This document shows positions 13,368 to 27,700 of a stretch of 64,000 nucleotides of DNA, piece after piece. Within the stretch, counting starts at the first letter, position 1; each line of letters begins with the position of its first letter. The notes beneath the pieces are model-generated. The model saw only the letters and a list, made by a program, of their open reading frames with translations, had not been told where the DNA came from and did not search any database. Made by a program: the position numbers and the translations under genes. Origin of the DNA: Octopus vulgaris (lineage: Eukaryota); contig OX597825.1 of the NCBI GenBank assembly GCA_951406725.2, positions 66,402,001-66,466,000 of the forward strand. The letters run 5' to 3'.

Positions 13368-15128
13368 ATACATATATACGTACTCCCACACACGTAATCG
13401 AATCTTTAGAACAGTCATGGGCAACCGTTTTCGAGAAGCGGACCGCATGAGAAACAAGTCATCATCAGGCAAGCCGCGTAACTTTTCGTTAGGTGTGCCA
13501 CTCAATAAGTCATGATCGTATCTGAGAGTAGAGTACAATACTTGGTGGAAATATTTCCGACACTCTGCACACTGAGTTTGATCCCGCTAAGGTACACTTA
13601 GCTTTTCATAGTTTCGGGGTCTGATTAAATACTCTTTTTAATCTTTTACATGTTTCAGTCATTTGACTGTGGCCATGCTGGAGCACCGCCTTTAGTCGAG
13701 CAAATCGACCCCTGGACTTATTCTTTGTAAGCCTAAAACTTATTCTATCGGTCTCTTTTGTAGAACTGCTAAGTTACGTGGACGTAAACACACCAGCATC
13801 GGTTGTCAAGCGATGTGGGGGGGGGCGGGGCAAACACAGACACACAAACATACATACACACACACACATCACACACACACACACATATATATATATATAC
13901 ATATATACGATGGGCTTCTTTCAGTTTCCGCCTACCACATCCAATCACAAGGCTTTGGCCGGCCCGAGGCTATAGTAGAAGACACTTGCCCAAGGTACCA
14001 CGCAGTGGGACTGAACCCGGAACCATGTGGTTAGTAAGCAAGCTACTTACCACACAGCCACTCCTACGCCTATGAATAATAATAAAAAATACCATTCCAG
14101 AGTAGGATATTGACGAGACCGTTATAGCATCGGATGAGATATTCTGCTTGATCTGATGGCAGCACCTGTGATGATATTGGTAAAAGTTATACCAGCATTT
14201 AAGAATTGCCTTTACTTTGGACAACACGGATTGAAGACTTGAATGCATGAATGACTGCTAATTTTCCACAAAATATAAATTGCTTAGGTTTGCACACACT
14301 GGAGTAGATATATAGTCAACTCTGGTCGACGGTAGCCCAGAATATATTCACACGTATTCACACGAATTCAGATACACGATTATATTCATACACGCATATG
14401 CACACACAGATTTACCTATGTACTTGCGCACGTATGTACATGCGCATGCGTACATGAATATTCACACACACACACACAGATATAACGTCAAAGGTAGCCT
14501 ACAGAAAGAGGAGGGGTAAAGGAAAGAAAAAACAAATAAATGAGAAGTATATAACGATATGTATATTAAATAAAACCCTATAGTCTTGGAAAAAGATATA
14601 TCTAGTGAATGTGAAACGTAAGAATAAAATTAATGTTTAAATTATATATGATTTATAGATATCACTTATATGAACTAAAGGTGTGTTTCTGCCAATGTTT
14701 AAATCGGTATGCACGCTCTTTAACTGATTTTACAAAGGGATTTTTAGAAAAAAGAATAAAAAAATAGTTCAGAATTAAAGAGAAGACAGAATTCCTTGCC
14801 TTTATCATAAGGTATCGAAATTGAGAGGATCAACCAATCTAAATTAAATTGTTTATTGTGGTATTTTAGATACATGCCGTACGCATACGTATGTATATGC
14901 ACAAACTCACTCATACATACATATGTACACATATATATAAATTATATACCTAAATGCATGTGCATGTCTGTGTGTGCATTTTGTACATAGTATATTATTA
15001 TTTTGCACATACATTTATTTGGAAGAGTGTTCTCCCTTTTCTTTCCTTTCCATTCGTCTTATATATGTCTCACAAACCACTAACATTTCAGTTATTTTTT
15101 AAATATATATATTAGTAGTAAATCTCAC

Positions 15129-15361
15129 CTCTGATACAAATGAATTATCCTTGGACTCATTATAGATGTAGCCATTTGTGCAGGGCAACGAAAGAACTTT
15201 CGATTTCGTATCATTTTCCACAGACACTACGTCCACAGCACATTCTCCGTATTCAATCCAATGTTTACGATCCGCATAGTCGTATTTCGTATAATTTTCT
15301 ATCTCCTTTGGCCAAACACTGCTGTTATCGTACGGACGACATTGAAAATCCGGATAAACAC
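15129..15361 (-). CDS. SLC22-family transporter, second coding exon (large extracellular loop 1)
   Basis: Acceptor TTTACTTTAG|, donor GAG|GTGAG; 233 nt, phase 1 in and phase 0 out; reads (G)VYPDFQCRPYDNSSVWPKEIENYTKYDYADRKHWIEYGECAVDVVSVENDTKSKVLSLPCTNGYIYNESKDNSFVSE, with loop cysteines, N-glycosylation sequons (NSS, NYT, NDT, NES) and the C..GY.Y....S.VSE motif that precedes WDLVC. Confidence 0.9.
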
Positions 15362-15896
15362 CTAAAGTAAATACGGAAAAACAAAAATCAAAACAGAAAG
15401 AAGATGCTTGAAATTGATGCTGCTTACTTTGAAGTTTACTACGTGCAAAATTCAGGTTAATGACTGATAGAGTAAGGCTGTCGTTATTGTTGGTGTATAA
15501 CCCTTCACCTTCAGTAATGACTTACCAAGTGCGAGGTAAATACTTAACGTAGTAAGCAAACTTATATATATATTTCCCTGTGGAGGCTTACTTACATTTT
15601 CCCCCGTCTTCTAACAGGCATCTATCCTATTTTCTAAGCTGCCTTCACAGCCCTCCTGCGTTCGAGAATTCTTCTATTTTCTGTAGAATACCGACACACT
15701 GGGCGCTTATGAGATTGTTTACAATATATACATACATATATACATATATACGACGGGCTTCTTTCAGTTTTCGCCTACTAGATCCACTCACAAGGCTATA
15801 GTAGAAGACATTTACTCAAGGTGCCACGCAGTGGGACTGAACCCGGAACCATGTGGTTGGTAAACAAGTTACTTACCACACAGTCACACCCCTGCG

Positions 15897-15950
<54 letters not shown>

Positions 15951-16686
15951 TATTTAAACTGGGTGGCGGCGGGGGGCACTTCAAGTTCGATGAGCCTCTT
16001 ATACACAAGAATTAAAACCTTAGAAAATTACCAAATTTAAATCTGAAACTCCCACCTATTTCATGTTATTGAATTTGATGAGTTAGCAGAGAAAGTTTTA
16101 AAAGAGGACAGAAAATATCGCTTTATAGATACACTTTTCAAAATTCATATTTCGTTGTTCACTCATCCACTTGTGATGTTTGATTTTTCCTTCTTTGTGA
16201 AAAGTACCAAGAAGTGGGTAAGAAGGGGGTATGATTTTTTTTCCCCTTTCAATGCGAATTACAAATGTTTCAGAATATAGAATAAGATAAAATGACAGAA
16301 AATTATGAAAAAGAAAAAAAAATCATTTTTGTGGTTGCTATTCAAAAGGCACGATGTGTGTGTGTGTGAGGGGGTGAGTGGGGACACCTACATTTAAAAG
16401 ACAAGGTTTTAAAAAATTCTTCTTTTAAAATGGCTTCTCTTTATTGTTTTGCAATGCGTGAAAAAAGGTGGGGGGAAATCCCGACAAAAACGGGAAAATT
16501 CAAACAGCTTTTTCCGAAAGTGTGCTTTTCCAGTTTCCTGCAGGGGCAGGTTGGAGACAATGAGTAATTTTTACTGCATTTTTGGCTTTGAAGAAAAAAT
16601 TGTTTTTACAAAAATTTACTAACTTTCCAAAACTATGTCAGCGAAGTAAAGACCTTCTCTAAATGCCGTAAAACCTATAACATTGA

Positions 16687-16936
16687 GGCACTATTTAAGA
16701 AGAGTGGTCCCGGTGCGTGCAATCGTGTACTCGCGTATCCGCGCTAGCTAGTCGTGACTAGTCGATCCTTACTTTGTGTCTTTGTGTTTTATTTACTTTG
16801 TTTAAAAAATTATTTACTTTGTGTAAAAAAATTATTTATTTTATTTTATTTACTTTGCTAGGTAGTCGTAGGATCGACTAGTCACGACGGGCTAGCGCGG
16901 ATGCGCGCACAGGGACCACTCTTCTTAAATAGTACC
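16687..16936. mobile_element. MITE with GG..CC termini and 9-bp TSD
   Basis: TIR GG(C/T)ACTATTTAAGAAGAGTGGTCCC...; TSD TAACATTGA/TAACATTAA. Confidence 0.8.
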
Positions 16937-18344
16937 TAACATTAAGAACACTATTTCAGAAAATTATCACTGTTCTCTTTGAGCATAAAAAAAAAAAAAA
17001 AAAATCAAATTTAGGCGGGGCAAAATGAGTAAGACATGATAAAATAACTTTGCGTCTCTAGTTCTCGAGAATTACTTTTGAAAAAAGATTCATACACATG
17101 AACATCCATCCTTTGACATCAGAAAGATAAGAAATACACCAAAAATATAAAATATCATGGTCACAAGAAAGAGGGTCGTGGAAAAATAGCATACATGATA
17201 TGAAATTAATGAAACCCAACAAAATCTAAAAATTCAACATAAAATATTCTCCATGCTTCTTTGCGAACTGCTGAAGTAGCTTTCTTCCTTATATATTTAT
17301 GCACCATGCAGTTAAAGAGAAGTAATTACTAAAATTAGTCATTACTCATTTTGCCTCAATTCAGACATTTTCTTTTTTAAACTTGAAGATTATGAAATAA
17401 GATATTAATTTTGAAAAAAGAAATTGGTATAGAATCAGAGAAAAGAATATTGATGGTTAAACACCAAAAATTATCCAAATATTTTATTGTTGTTGTTGTT
17501 TGTTCCTTCTCGATCCACACTTGGCTCATAGGGCCGGTTTCCGAGGTTCCTTGGGGTTACCTTAGTATATAGGTTCCCCACCTGCTCGGGACGCCAGTCC
17601 GTCACAGATGAGCTGCAAGATGCAGGAGGAAAAAAGTGAGAGAAGGTTGTGGCGAAAGAGTCAGCAGAAGTTAGCCATTACCTTCTGCCGGAGCCGCGTG
17701 TAGCTTAAGTGTTTCGCTTATAAACACATCGCCCGGTCTGAGATTCGAACCCGTGATCCCTAGACCGCGAGTCCGCTGCTTTAACCACTTGGCCATGTGC
17801 CTCCACAAATATTTTATTAGTAACCTCAATTACAATCGGGTCAAATTTGAAGAAAAATTTCTTGAAAAAAAGAAAAAAAGAAACCTGTCACCTGTTTCAA
17901 ACTCACAGCTTCAACATGAACAACGTAAACTATACTGATCAATTTTTACTCTCAACGATGAACATTTCTTTACTTGTTTCATAAAATAAGACCAGTTTTC
18001 AATGCCTCACGTAGAAATGTGTGTGAGTGTGTGTATGTATGCGTGTGCGTGTATGTGTCCCGTTAACTGTGATCGGTCAAGCTAAGGTCATTGCTCAGTG
18101 ATGCATTGAAAGAAGGAATCTGGTTGAGAGACACTAACTTCTTACACTCAATCTCTTTATGTATATATATATATATATATACATAGATACATACATACAT
18201 TTTCAAAAGTTTCCCTTTTCTCTGTCATTGTCCCCAAAAGAAGCAACAATTCCCTTAGGAACTGGAAGCCGCTTTGGGAGTGGGTAGTAAACTGCTTTCT
18301 AATTGAATTAAATGATGTCTCTAAGGTGACAAAATCTATTCTCA

Positions 18345-19505
18345 TCTCTCTCTATATAAACGGCAGTTTGTCTGTCTGTGTGTCTGTGTGTCTGTCAGGT
18401 TGTACCCTCACCCTGACTACGGTTTTCAACCGATTCTGATGAAACTTGACACATACATAGCCCAATGTCATAATTCAAAACTAACGCAGCGAAAATTTTG
18501 AAAATTCCCCCACTTCTGAAAAAAATCGATAAATTCGACATGGGGTCGAGAATCTAAGCTTTTTATATGCAACACATTTTCTGTTGTAGTTTTCGCAACT
18601 TGCAATCGATTTTCACCAAACTCATGGTGAAGCTAAATGTTACCCTAAGAAACTTAATTCTGACGTTAGTTTTCCATGCAATACCTTACCATCAGAAAAA
18701 ATCGATAAAATCATGCCATTTTGGGAAATTGCGTTCAAATTCAAGATGACATATTTTCGACAATATCTTTCACAAATTGGCAGGATTTTTTAAAAATTCA
18801 CAGCGAGCATCATGTCTGCTCCAAGGAGCTATATGACCCTTTTTATTCCAATAGGATACTTTATTACTGGAAAAAATCGGTTAATTAAATCATATGTGGC
18901 ACACATAGCAAACCGATTTGTGTATTAAACACAAACCACAGACAGTCTAGGGGACGCAACTTGACCTTTTTAACTCTCGGGAAACGTGGGGTAAGTATCC
19001 CAAAATGTATTAAAATGTACAAAAACGGCAAAAATGCGGGCAGCAATGTGAGTGACAACAACGAAAAAGTCAAAAGCGACCAAACTGAACAAACGAATGG
19101 AAAAGGTTTTTTGGTGCACACGACAAAAGCGGTTTATAATAAACCAAGAGTTTGCAATTAGCGTCCAAGGACCCTTAGGGTACGTCAAAAATTTAAGGTA
19201 AAACGTTTGGGGTGGTAGTTATAAAGAAAGTTTAAACAAAAAAAGTATTCGAATAACTTGCGGCTGCAGTAGCTATTTGCAGAAGTGGCGGTGTTGGGGG
19301 TAAAGTCTCGAATGTAATTTCTTCCTGGTAGGAATTGGTTGGGTTGAATTATCGATAGCTGTTTGATAGTTATTTGGGAGTGAAGAGAAGACATTGCAAC
19401 CTACACATGCGTCTTCGTTCCCTAGAGGGAAAGGACTAGATTGGGATTAGTCGTTGCCTACTAGGGGCTCTTACATACCCGGGCAACGCCGGGCTATGCT
19501 GCTCG
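18345..19505 (+). mobile_element. Non-autonomous Helitron
   Basis: A|TC 5' end (TCTCTCTCTATATAAA followed by GTCT-type repeats), subterminal hairpin CCCGG-GCAACG-CCGGG (19478-19493), 3' end CTCG|T (decayed CTAG), no TSD. Confidence 0.65.
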
Positions 19506-19770
19506 TTTATCATAAAAGCGAATCCATTACATTATTTAAGAAGCCAAGATATTTTGTATATTGAAAGAGAGCCTTTTCATGCCTGATTGCTGGGAGGTGG
19601 TGGTAGTGGTGGGATTCTGTATTAAGTGCTACAAGCCCTTCCTTGCAGGGGTCTCCAATATCAACAGATAACTGCGGCAGTTGCTCCCTCCGCACCCCTG
19701 TAAATCTGGCCGTGTGTGTGTGCATATATATATATATATATACATATACGTATATATATATACATAAACA

Positions 19771-19846
<76 letters not shown>

Positions 19847-20549
19847 GTTAGATAGCTAGATGTAGGTACATACAGGGCCGGATTACTTCGACTAAAAGCG
19901 CCTTAAAGTGTTTTAGTCGAAGTAATCGACCTCAGGACTTATTCTTTGTAAGCCAAGTACTTATTATATCGGTGTCTTTTGCCGAACCGCTACGTTACGG
20001 TGGCATAAACACACCAACATCGGTTGTCAAGTGATGGTGAGAGTACAGCCACAGAAACAACGGCACGTACACAAACAAACAAACACACACACACATACAT
20101 ATATATATATACATACACACGACGGGCTTCTTTCAGTTTCCGTCTACCAAATCCTCCCACAAGGCTTTGGCCGGCCAGGCTACAGCAGAAGACACTTATC
20201 TAAGGTGCCACGCAGTGTGACTGAACCCGAAGCCATGTGGTTGGTAAGGAAGCTTCTTACCACATTATATATACATACATACATACATATATATATACAT
20301 ACATATATACATGCATATACATACATACATACATACACACACATACACACACACACACACACACACATACACACACACACACATATATATATTTGGGATC
20401 TTTCTTTCCTCTCTCTTCCTTCTTTATGTTTCCGACGAAGAGCTCCGCTCGAAACGTCATACCCTCCTGCTTCCATTTCCTGAGCGCCTATTAATAATAA
20501 TACTGTAATTGTTCCATTGTTGTTGTTTTTTTGTTTTCCCGTTTGGATT

Positions 20550-20605
<56 letters not shown>

Positions 20606-21505
20606 AGACTTTTTTCAGTTCCCGTCTGACAAATTCACTCACAAGCCTTGGTCGACCCGAGGCTATAGTAGAAATCACCTTGCCCAAGGTTCGATGCAGT
20701 TGGACTGAACCCAGAACCATGTGGTTGGGCAGCAAGGTTCTTACCACATGCATTATCATGTAGTTTCGAGATGTGATTGTTCATCTTTAAGAACGGCATT
20801 AGCGGATAGATGCGGGAGGCCAGGTCTGGCCACTTTGAACATAAAACAGGTAAATATTTGGCGTATGATATGACTGGTTTCAATCTCAAAGGGTTAAGCG
20901 TAGCATATTTTGTATCGAGACAAAAGAAACTGACATATATATATATATATATATATATGTTGCTTGTTCCTTCTCGAGCCACGCCTGGCTCACTAGGGCC
21001 GGTTTCCCGGTTTCCTTGGCGTATAGGGCCCCCACCTTGACGGGACGCCGGTCCGTCGCAAGGGAGCTGCAAGATGTAGGAGGAAAGAGTGAGAGAAAGT
21101 TGTGGCGAAAGAGTCAGCAGAAGTTCGCCATTACCTTCAGCCGAAGCTGCGTGGAGCTTAGGTGCTTCGCTCATAAACACACACATCGCCCGGTCTGAGA
21201 TTCGAACCCGCAATCCCTCGACCGCGAGTCCGCTGCTCTAACCACTAGGCCATGTACCTCCATATATACATACATACATACATATATATATATATATAGT
21301 TAATCCAAACAAGAAAACACAAAAAAACACAACAACGCGAGGACGTGGAACAAATATAGTATTATTGGACGCTCAGGAAAGAAGGGAAGAAGGAGGGAGT
21401 AACGTTTCGAGCGGAGCTCTTCGTCGGAAACATAGGAGAAGGAAAGATCCCGAGAAGGGAAGACAGGGGAAAAAAATCGCCAACGGTACACACGAGGTCT
21501 GTGTG

Positions 21506-21557
<52 letters not shown>

Positions 21558-22031
21558 TATATATGATATCTGTGCTCGTCTTTGTCTCTGTCACACCCCA
21601 CCATTTAACAACAGTTTGCGGTTTTGGCAAAAGAGAACGACAGAATAAGTACTAAACTTAAAAAAGAAAAACAATACTAGGGTTGATTTGTTCAACTAAA
21701 ACTCTTTAAGGCGGAACGCCAGCATGGCAGCGGTCACATGACTGAAATAAGTTAAAGATAAAAGATACGCACACACACGTATATGTATATGTATATGTAT
21801 ATTCACATACTTACACACACACGTACACACACACACACATACTAATAATGATATTCATGATTTGTAACGTAGACATAAAATAAAAAAAAAACAGAGGGAC
21901 AAGGGATCATAGTTAATGAACCTCAATACATTACTATGGGCAGCTGGTATACCACTACCCCAAGAAACTATAACAGTCTTAATTAGTATCATAACAATAA
22001 TATCAGGATTAATAAAATATAGGAAACTCAC

Positions 22032-22173
22032 CGATGAAAACAATAGCTAAGACATTGCTGGCAACGGCTAAAATATTTATACTGACGAGAAAGTATTGAA
22101 AAATATTAAAGCGTCCAGTTTGATTCAGCGACCGTATGATCTTATCCACATTTACTGTAGATTCAGGTGACAT
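22032..22173 (-). CDS. SLC22-family (MFS) organic cation/anion transporter, first coding exon
   Basis: ATG at 22173 in AAAATG context; reads MSPESTVNVDKIIRSLNQTGRFNIFQYFLVSINILAVASNVLAIVFI(G), matching the SLC22 N-terminus (D..I..L...GRF..FQ..TM1); ends phase 1 at G|GTGAGT. Not in the ORF track. Confidence 0.88.
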
Positions 22174-22528
22174 TTTGGCCTTAGAAGTCCTTACTTTTTG
22201 CTTACAGGGCAGAAAAATCTCTCAAGCTTGCATGTGTACCCGTTTTTTTTTTATCACTTCAGTTAATCATATGTAAATTCATGAAATTTCGATATTGTTT
22301 TTCAGTGCTGTGGAACGAATGCCATATAATCTGTAAGTGTGGTGTTATCTCATATGAGCTGTAGTGCCCTGTCTGACTTGAAACACATATTTACAAGCTT
22401 CTTGACGAAATTCTGCTTGTCTCTTATATAGTGTCTGTCAGGCACAAACTGGAATATAGAAGGTGGAGTTAGAGATAATGAAAGAGCATTGGTCAGTCCA
22501 CCAAGGTCATGGTGACTTTTATACACCA

Positions 22529-22650
<122 letters not shown>

Positions 22651-22737
22651 TTTTTGTTAGAAATAACACTAGAAAGAAATGTTAATGAAGATATAATACA
22701 TTCATTTTGCCATTCTTCCCTGGAAATGTAGTATTAG

Positions 22738-22782
<45 letters not shown>

Positions 22783-22999
22783 TTAATGTTGATTATGGTT
22801 ATGATGATGATGATGATGATGATTATGATGTCGTTGATAATGATCATGACTTCTTTAATTCGCAACAAGGGCCCAGGACATTGAAGACTATATCAAAGGA
22901 CGACATACAACACAGAAAAGATGGGGATTACATCAATCACAAGCAAATAGCAACAATAAAGATATAACAAAAAATGTCAAAAATAGATTTTCAGATTTC

Positions 23000-24720
23000 A
23001 AGCTTAACAAAAAAAAAATCCCCTATATAGAGGCTGTCCGCTTAGAATAATTCCGTAGAAACAACACACCGAAGAATCCGGATTACTCCGCCATCACCAA
23101 TGCACCGAAAGTACTCTCTTTCTGCTACTTTCTTCCTATATAGAAAAGTATACTCAGAGTAAGATGTTCCGGATACACCATTCTTGCCATTCAAATCTAC
23201 TTTCTGATGAATACGTTAGAACGCAGAGCCTCCTTCTTTACCCTCATTTAAAGAAATTTATGAGAGTATAGAAAAAAAATGCCTTTCTTCTAAACTTCCA
23301 TACGAATCAACCAGTCTCTTACGTCACAGCCACAAAAAAAAAACAGAGAAAGATTTGTCTCCTTTCCCTGCCAAAGAGATATTTACTATAGACTTGGTGG
23401 ACAATCGGACTCGTCCTGTATGTTGCATCAAATGTTCGACTCAAATCTATGAATCGCCAACGTACGGACACTGAACGATGGTGTGCAGAACAGTTTCGTC
23501 CCTCTCTACACCTTTTGGACAAGTTCTGTTGTTGGCGCTTCCATGCCTGAATAGCTTGTCTCGAACATGTATTGCTCCATCCTCATTTATGTAGGACTGC
23601 CATGCCAAAGAGTTTTGAAATCTGTCCATTGACCACGGCCTGAAAGTCCTTCGGAAGAGACTATTCACATTGAGACTGATCTCATCGATGACCAGAGTCA
23701 TTCTCACATCATCATAGCCCATACTCTCAAACAACTCTCTATATAAATCTAGAGTTGTTTTCCTAATGATGGCCTTGCACAAGTGGTACAGTGCTGTGAG
23801 CACCTGGCAACAGAATCCGACAGCGCTTAGGACAACCGCCCAGTAGCGATGGCCCACTCAGCCAAATGCCGTGGAAGGATCCAAATTGATCAGCGTCCAC
23901 CAAAGCCAGATCTATTCTTGAACTGCTTAATGATGTATAGTATAAGGTGGAAATTAAGATGGATACGTTTGACCCATGGTTGCAGCTCGGTCAAGTGATT
24001 GCCTCTTAATTTGATCAGCAAACAGTCTCTGAAGACGGGACCGAACCCGACAGCGCTTAGGACAACCGCCCAGTAGCGATGGCCCACTCAACCAAATGCC
24101 GTGGAATGATCCAAATTGATCAGCGTCCACCAAAGCCATATCTGTTCTTGAACTGCTCAACGATGTATAGCATAAGGTGGAAATTAAGATGGATAGTTCT
24201 GTTGGGGATCGCACAGATCTGTACATCCCCAACTACATTACCTACAACAAGCACCAACCTCTTGGCGAGCACTGTACTAAAATCTTTAACTCTGCGTTAA
24301 GCTAATTCTAAGCTGGGTCTAAAATGTTCAATCATGCTACCCTTGTTCGGATCCTTCCTCAGCAGTGTCATCATATCCCATTCATTCAACTGGGAATGCT
24401 CCCAGTCTGTTGCCAGCTTCAACGTACGGCTACCGAGAGAGGAGCGAACGAGTCTGTCATGTGGAAATATAGCTCATAGGGGTAGACCATCCAATATCGG
24501 CGATTTGCGCCTCACACCGGCGGCTCAGTACATCCGCCACTTCAGCAGCTAAAATCAGTTTCTCGCATACTCAGTTACCCTGGACGATAGCAACAGCAAA
24601 CCGCCGAGGTAGCCATCAAACCTAATTGTCTTAAGTTTACTGACTCTCGAAAACAGTCCGGTGAAGTGTTGCCGAAACACCGGGGTCACCTGCTTAGAAT
24701 CGTAGAGTATACGCCCGCTG
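23000..24720 (-). mobile_element. Decayed Tx1/L1-type LINE 3' portion with an internal ~150-bp duplication
   Basis: zf-RVT-like HVRDKLFRHG...TCPK...ETVLHTIVQCP; direct repeat 23817-23965 vs 24047-24195. Confidence 0.7.
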
Positions 24721-27700
24721 CAGTCCACAATAAACTAAACAATTTTGAGGCAAGAGGGTAAGTTGATAGTATCGACTCTTGTGCATGACTTACTTTATTT
24801 TATCGACTTCAGAGGAATGAAAGGTAAAGTTAACTTGAGCGGTATTTAAATCCAGAACAGGTTACACAGTTGATTCTTGTCGGAGCTTAGTTTCCTTGAA
24901 CACATCATCGCATTTCCTCGTCAACATTGGTATTCTTTAGATCACCAACTCGGAAGTTCCACCGACAATATAATTCGACTAACAGAGGGCTGTGAGCGCC
25001 TAACAATACGGCAGATGCTAAACGCTCAGTCATGGTCTTCGCTCAGGAGTGCATCTCCGTTAAGGAGACGAGCTGTGGGAAGACGTGCTTGACAAAACCA
25101 CACTTGTTCACCATCAAAAAACCTCTAGAAATGTCGCAGCATCAGCATATGTCACGCATCAGCAGCCGCGGCACACCGAGCCACCCGTGCGTAGGATGCA
25201 GACAGATATGAATTGCTTGATTTGTGCAACGCATCACAAGAAGTGAGCGAAGAGGCTGTCCGAACTGGCCAGATGAGAAACAGGTCAAGGCGTGACGATC
25301 AGGTAATATATAATGGAGACAACACCTTTGCCTGACGATTGGAGGATAGTTTCCTCTCAGTCCATTCCCGACGTAGGGGAGTGGCTACCTTACACACAAC
25401 CTTGTCCTAGTTTGTATCCATTTGACGATCCCCCGTCGATCGAAAAGAACAAAAATGGAGGAGATGGATCTTACACTTGGTTGTCAATGATGAAAGTGCT
25501 ACTTCGGTGTCACATCAATTGGGACGACTAATTTCATTCTTGCTGTATACTGTATATTTTACCACTTGTATACTGTTGTTTTCCTACAATCGAATTTGTA
25601 TAAACCTATTACATTTTGCTTGTCTTTGAAACCTCACTTTATTTATGGTCCCGAGGGAAAAAAAAATCATCGTTATCATCATTACGTTTAAAGCGGCGAT
25701 CTGGCAGAATCGTTAGCACGTCGGGTGAAAAGCTTGGCGATATTTTGTCTGCCGCTACGTGCTGAGTTCAAATTCCGCCGAGGTCGACTTTGCCTTTCAT
25801 CCTTTGGAGTCGATAAATTAAGTACCTGTGAAACACTGGGGACGATGTGGTCGACTCGTCCCCTCCACCAAAATTTCAAGGCCTTGTGCCTTTAGTAGAA
25901 AGGGTTATTATCATTATATTAGAAATAATTATTTAAAAGAATGTTAAAAGCAAATATTTAAGAAAACGTCAATTCATCGCTCTTTAATAATTATTACTAA
26001 AGACAGACTTGTTAAAGCGACGGAATGTTATAAAGGTGAAGTTTGATTTTCATCATTCTAGGGTTCATGAAACAAAGTACTACTCGTATACAGGGGCAAT
26101 ATAATTCGACTGCCTCAACTTTACCAAATTTCTGACCTTGGGTGTGACCATGCTAGAGACAATTACTAAAGATCGGCGGATTGACAATATCGTGAAAATG
26201 ACGTAGCAAATTGCCTTGCGGTATTTGTTCGAGCTGGCAGAAACGTTAGCACACCGGGCGAAATGCTTAGCGGTATTTCGTCTGCGTTACGTTGTGAGTT
26301 CAAATTTCGCCGAGGTCGACTTGGCCTTTCATCCTTTCGGGGTCGATAAATTAAGTACCAGTTACGAACTGGGGTCGATGTAATCGACTTAATACCTATG
26401 TCTGTCCTTGTTTGTCCCCTCTGTGTTTAGCCCCTTGTGGGTAATAAAGAAATAGGTATTTGTTCGACTCTTTACGATCCGAGTTCAAAAGTCACTGCTG
26501 TGAAATTTGCCTTTCATTTTTCAGGGTCGATAAAATGAGCAGCAGTTAAAAACTGGGAAGAGTATAATCGACTTACACTGTCCACCTAACATTGGTGGGT
26601 TCGTGCCAAAATTTGAAGGTATTATTATCGTGGAATGAGAACCTGCAATGCATCATTGCTTACGTTTTTATTCCGCTTTGTATGAAAAGTATTCAGTAAT
26701 CGATACAGTTAAGAATGAGTAAAAATACTTGTTGGATTAAATTTTAAGCCACATACCCACTGTTGGGTGATATTGAGTCAATATAATGAATGGTTGGAGG
26801 CATATGGCTCAGTGGTTTGAGGCAGCGGACTCGCGGTCGAGGGATCGTGGGTTCGAATCTCAGACCGGGCGATGTGTGTGTTTATGAGCGAAACACCTAA
26901 GCTTCATGCGGCTCCGGCAGAAGATAATGGCGAACTTCTGCTGACTATTTCGCCACAACTTACTCTCACTCTTTCCTCTTGCTGCTCACCTGCGATGGAC
27001 CGGCGTCCCGTCCAAGTGGGGAACCTATACGCCAAGGAAACAGGCTCTAATGAGCCAGGCGTGGCTCGAGAAGGAAGAAACAACAGCAACAACAATATTG
27101 AATGGTCAGGGCGGCGGTATTTCGTCTGCCGTTACGTTCTGAGTTCAAATTCCACCGAGGTCGACTTTGCCTTTCATCTTTTCGGGATCGATTAAATAAG
27201 TACCATTTGCACACTGGAGTCGATGTAATCCGCTTAAACCCTTTGCCTGTCCTTGTTTATCCCCACTATGTTTAGCCCCCTCTGGGCAATAAGGAAAGAA
27301 ATATAATGGTTATTATTGCGAACACATTATTGAGTTTTATTAATTTTAATCATTTGACCTATTTAGATACCTATTCAGTTTTATTTACTATGCACATATT
27401 TAGCTTTAAAAACATTAATAACGTCTGTAGTTACACCCTCAGTAATTGTAGTTTAACTTCTGATAAGCTCTGATCAATGCAAGACCTGTTATTAAAGACA
27501 TGGTAAGATGGTGAGCTGGCAGAATTGTGTCCGCGCCGAACAAAATGCTTAGTGAAGCCGTGGTCATACTTTCAGATAGTGTATTAAGACTATATAATCT
27601 AATGTGTTTCTATCAGGATGATAGGGCAAACCCCGAAATCCGAGGTAACTAGAAATTATCTTTGCCTGCAACAAGTAATTCATAAAAGAGTTTGGTTATT

